DNA of 64,000 nucleotides from Alphaproteobacteria bacterium (lineage in GTDB: Bacteria; Pseudomonadota; Alphaproteobacteria; Bin95): assembly GCA_022824105.1 (NCBI GenBank), contig JAJEAZ010000363.1:14079-78078 (forward strand), written 5' to 3'. Under the pieces are notes generated by a model that saw nothing but the letters and a program-made list of their open reading frames with translations, was not told the DNA's origin and searched no databases. Below, piece after piece: positions 62,618-64,000 of the stretch. Position 1 is the first letter of the stretch. Each line of letters opens with the position of its first letter. The position numbers and the translations under genes were made by a program.

Positions 62618-63368
62618 GGGTTCGATCTCAATTCGCTACAGTCTTTCTGGCGTCCGGCCGCTTCCGGTGTCGCCCCGGACCCCGATCCGGGGCCCAGAGT
62701 CGCCCGGCACGGCCTTGGCCTGTGGCCCTGGGCCCCGGAACAAGTATATGGAAAACTATATTTCTTCCATAGTTTCAATAGGATAACCACACATCTATAT
62801 GGTCGCAATCGATTCCGTCATCAAACCGAATGCAGATTTTTTCAAAATCAGGACGGACCTTGGCGGCGCGTGGCAACAGATTTCCATTTTCGAGCCTCGA
62901 ACCCACCTTGATATCTCCTTGCGAAACACTTCGTGCGCGAGCCTTCGCATGGACCTATACGGTGCCGAATGCCGTTCGTCCAGTTCGCGGAGAGTGTCTG
63001 TCGTGGCGAATGTCCGCTAACAGCGGGATGCCGAGGACAAGACCCGCAAGGAGGTCTTGTCCGCGCTGCCCATCGGCCCTCCGTCTCATACCGTTCGTTC
63101 GCCGGCCTCACCCTGTCTGTCGCGCCGCACGCCGAACCCAACCGCACGACTACAGCATTTGAGGGTACTTTTTGGGGTCGCGACCGACAGGCCAGCAAAT
63201 GAAGGGGCTGAAATCGACATGCGTGCGGCACCGTGTCTGGCGATCGCGTTCGAACCTTGCGCGGGCCTCCGCGTTTACCAACCATTCCGGCCGGGACGGC
63301 GGTGTAGTTTACAAACTGGTCATTCCGTGCAATCGTGGCGTCGATGATGAAGCGGAGACGGGGTTGAA

Positions 63369-63923
63369 ATGGCCAGGGTGAGCGGATCGGCGAGTACGGC
63401 GATGGGACTTCTTCTTGAAGAATTCCCGGTGCTGTCGGGTGCCGCCAGGAAATTCGTTCGTAGTCATCCACGCGAGGCGCGCGCAGCTGTCGCTGCTGCA
63501 CTGGAAGCGGTCGCCGCCCAGCGGGAAGTCGAGGACGTTGCGGACGTGCCGGAGCGGCTGCGGCCGTTCGTGGTCCGGCGGAGCGACGATGAGAAAATTC
63601 TCGGCGTGTCCGAGGCCGCGGCGCGGCTCGAAGTGTCCCGCACGACGGTCTATGAGTGGGCGAGGATGGCAAGGCTCATTGCGTGGAAGACCACGAAGCG
63701 CGGTTTGCGTATTCCGGCGGGGCAGATTCTCGGCGCCGGGCGGGTTGTTCCGGCTCTCAAGGATGTTGTGGACGCGGTCGGAGATCCCGAACTGGCCTGG
63801 ACGTTCCTGACACAGGAATGGGCGTTTGAAGACACGGTCGCGCTGCCGCTCGATTTGCTCAAGGACGGCCGTATCGACGAAGTGCTGGACGCGGCGCCCG
63901 GCTTCGGCGCCACGTTCACATGA
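63369..63923 (+). CDS. antitoxin-like protein: excisionase-type HTH plus Xre/MbcA/ParS (DUF2384-like) C-terminal domain
   Basis: ILGVSEAAARLEVSRTTVYEWARMARLIAWKTTKRGLRIPAGQI is an excisionase/MerR-type HTH. The C-terminus GDPELAWTFLTQEWAFEDTVALPLDLLKDGRIDEVLDAAPGFG fits the toxin-binding domain pattern of Xre-RES antitoxins. Start is uncertain. Confidence 0.7.
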   Translation: MARVSGSASTAMGLLLEEFPVLSGAARKFVRSHPREARAAVAAALEAVAAQREVEDVADVPERLRPFVVRRSDDEKILGVSEAAARLEVSRTTVYEWARMARLIAWKTTKRGLRIPAGQILGAGRVVPALKDVVDAVGDPELAWTFLTQEWAFEDTVALPLDLLKDGRIDEVLDAAPGFGATFT

Positions 63924-64000
63924 ACGAAGGCCCCTATCGCAGAAGCCGGATCGCGCCCCTCCTAGTAACGGCGCCCATGCCTGCGAGTTACAGGATCATG
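63920..64000 (+). CDS. 5' end of a downstream ORF, probably the cognate (RES-domain?) toxin; truncated by the window
   Basis: The ATG at 63920 overlaps the antitoxin TGA (ATGA). The frame is open for all 27 codons to the window end (MNEGPYRRSRIAPLLVTAPMPASYRIM). Family assignment rests on context only. Confidence 0.4.
   Translation, partial: MNEGPYRRSRIAPLLVTAPMPASYRIM

Noticed and set aside
62885-62910. ggtgggttcgaggctcgaa (minus strand) looked like a tRNA T-arm or a tRNA-derived att fragment.
   Set aside because: The flanks do not pair into a T-stem (GTGGG versus CTCGA). No acceptor or anticodon arms can be built.
62848-63672. 274-aa minus-strand ORF spanning the non-coding stretch and the antitoxin gene.
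   Set aside because: It is R/P-rich and low-complexity. It is antisense to the antitoxin ORF, which has clear HTH and C-domain patterns.

Overview
This is a visibly GC-rich chromosomal segment (GC not computed) with alphaproteobacterial hallmarks: trmFO, a ubiquinol-cytochrome c chaperone gene, bamE, the yceD-rpmF-plsX-fabH block, and ihfA-merR-tRNA-Pro next to gltBD. I support about 60 protein genes, one tRNA, two decayed IS transposase remnants, one ABC ATPase pseudogene and several repeat or hairpin elements. There is no rRNA and no CRISPR array. Layout: 0-9 kb holds small-molecule and acyl-CoA metabolism. 9-24.4 kb is a housekeeping core. 24.4-35.5 kb holds MarR, hydrolase, SDR, GST, ADH and enolase-superfamily genes plus a TRAP-CoA-transferase-CitE-like lyase operon. 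35.5-60.5 kb is a catabolic block bracketed by an IS110 remnant and an IS481 stub; it contains a TetR-controlled ABC/crotonase/CoA-ligase operon, a hydrolase-LLM oxygenase pair, a TRAP operon with two overlapping IclR genes, a GMC oxidoreductase, and a translationally coupled QOR/CoA-ligase/thiolase/CMD cluster. 60.5-62.6 kb is a FadB-like multifunctional enzyme. The final 1.4 kb is a 750-bp non-coding stretch followed by an Xre(DUF2384)/RES-type toxin-antitoxin pair cut by the window edge. I did not find a clear multi-gene novel system. The least explained item is a pair of helically phased 10-bp GTCAGG repeat arrays with an adjacent AT-rich hairpin, in a 0.8-kb gene-free gap beside the IS481 stub. 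Other items worth a second look: an in-frame amber codon at the Walker-B catalytic Glu of the ABC ATPase, tandem overlapping IclR genes, an alpha/beta hydrolase with Gly at the nucleophile position, and two adjacent acyl-CoA dehydrogenases that both lack the canonical C-terminal catalytic Glu. Many long ORFs in the supplied track are antisense or alternate-frame artefacts of high GC and were not called. Several start codons are my own choices and are noted per feature.
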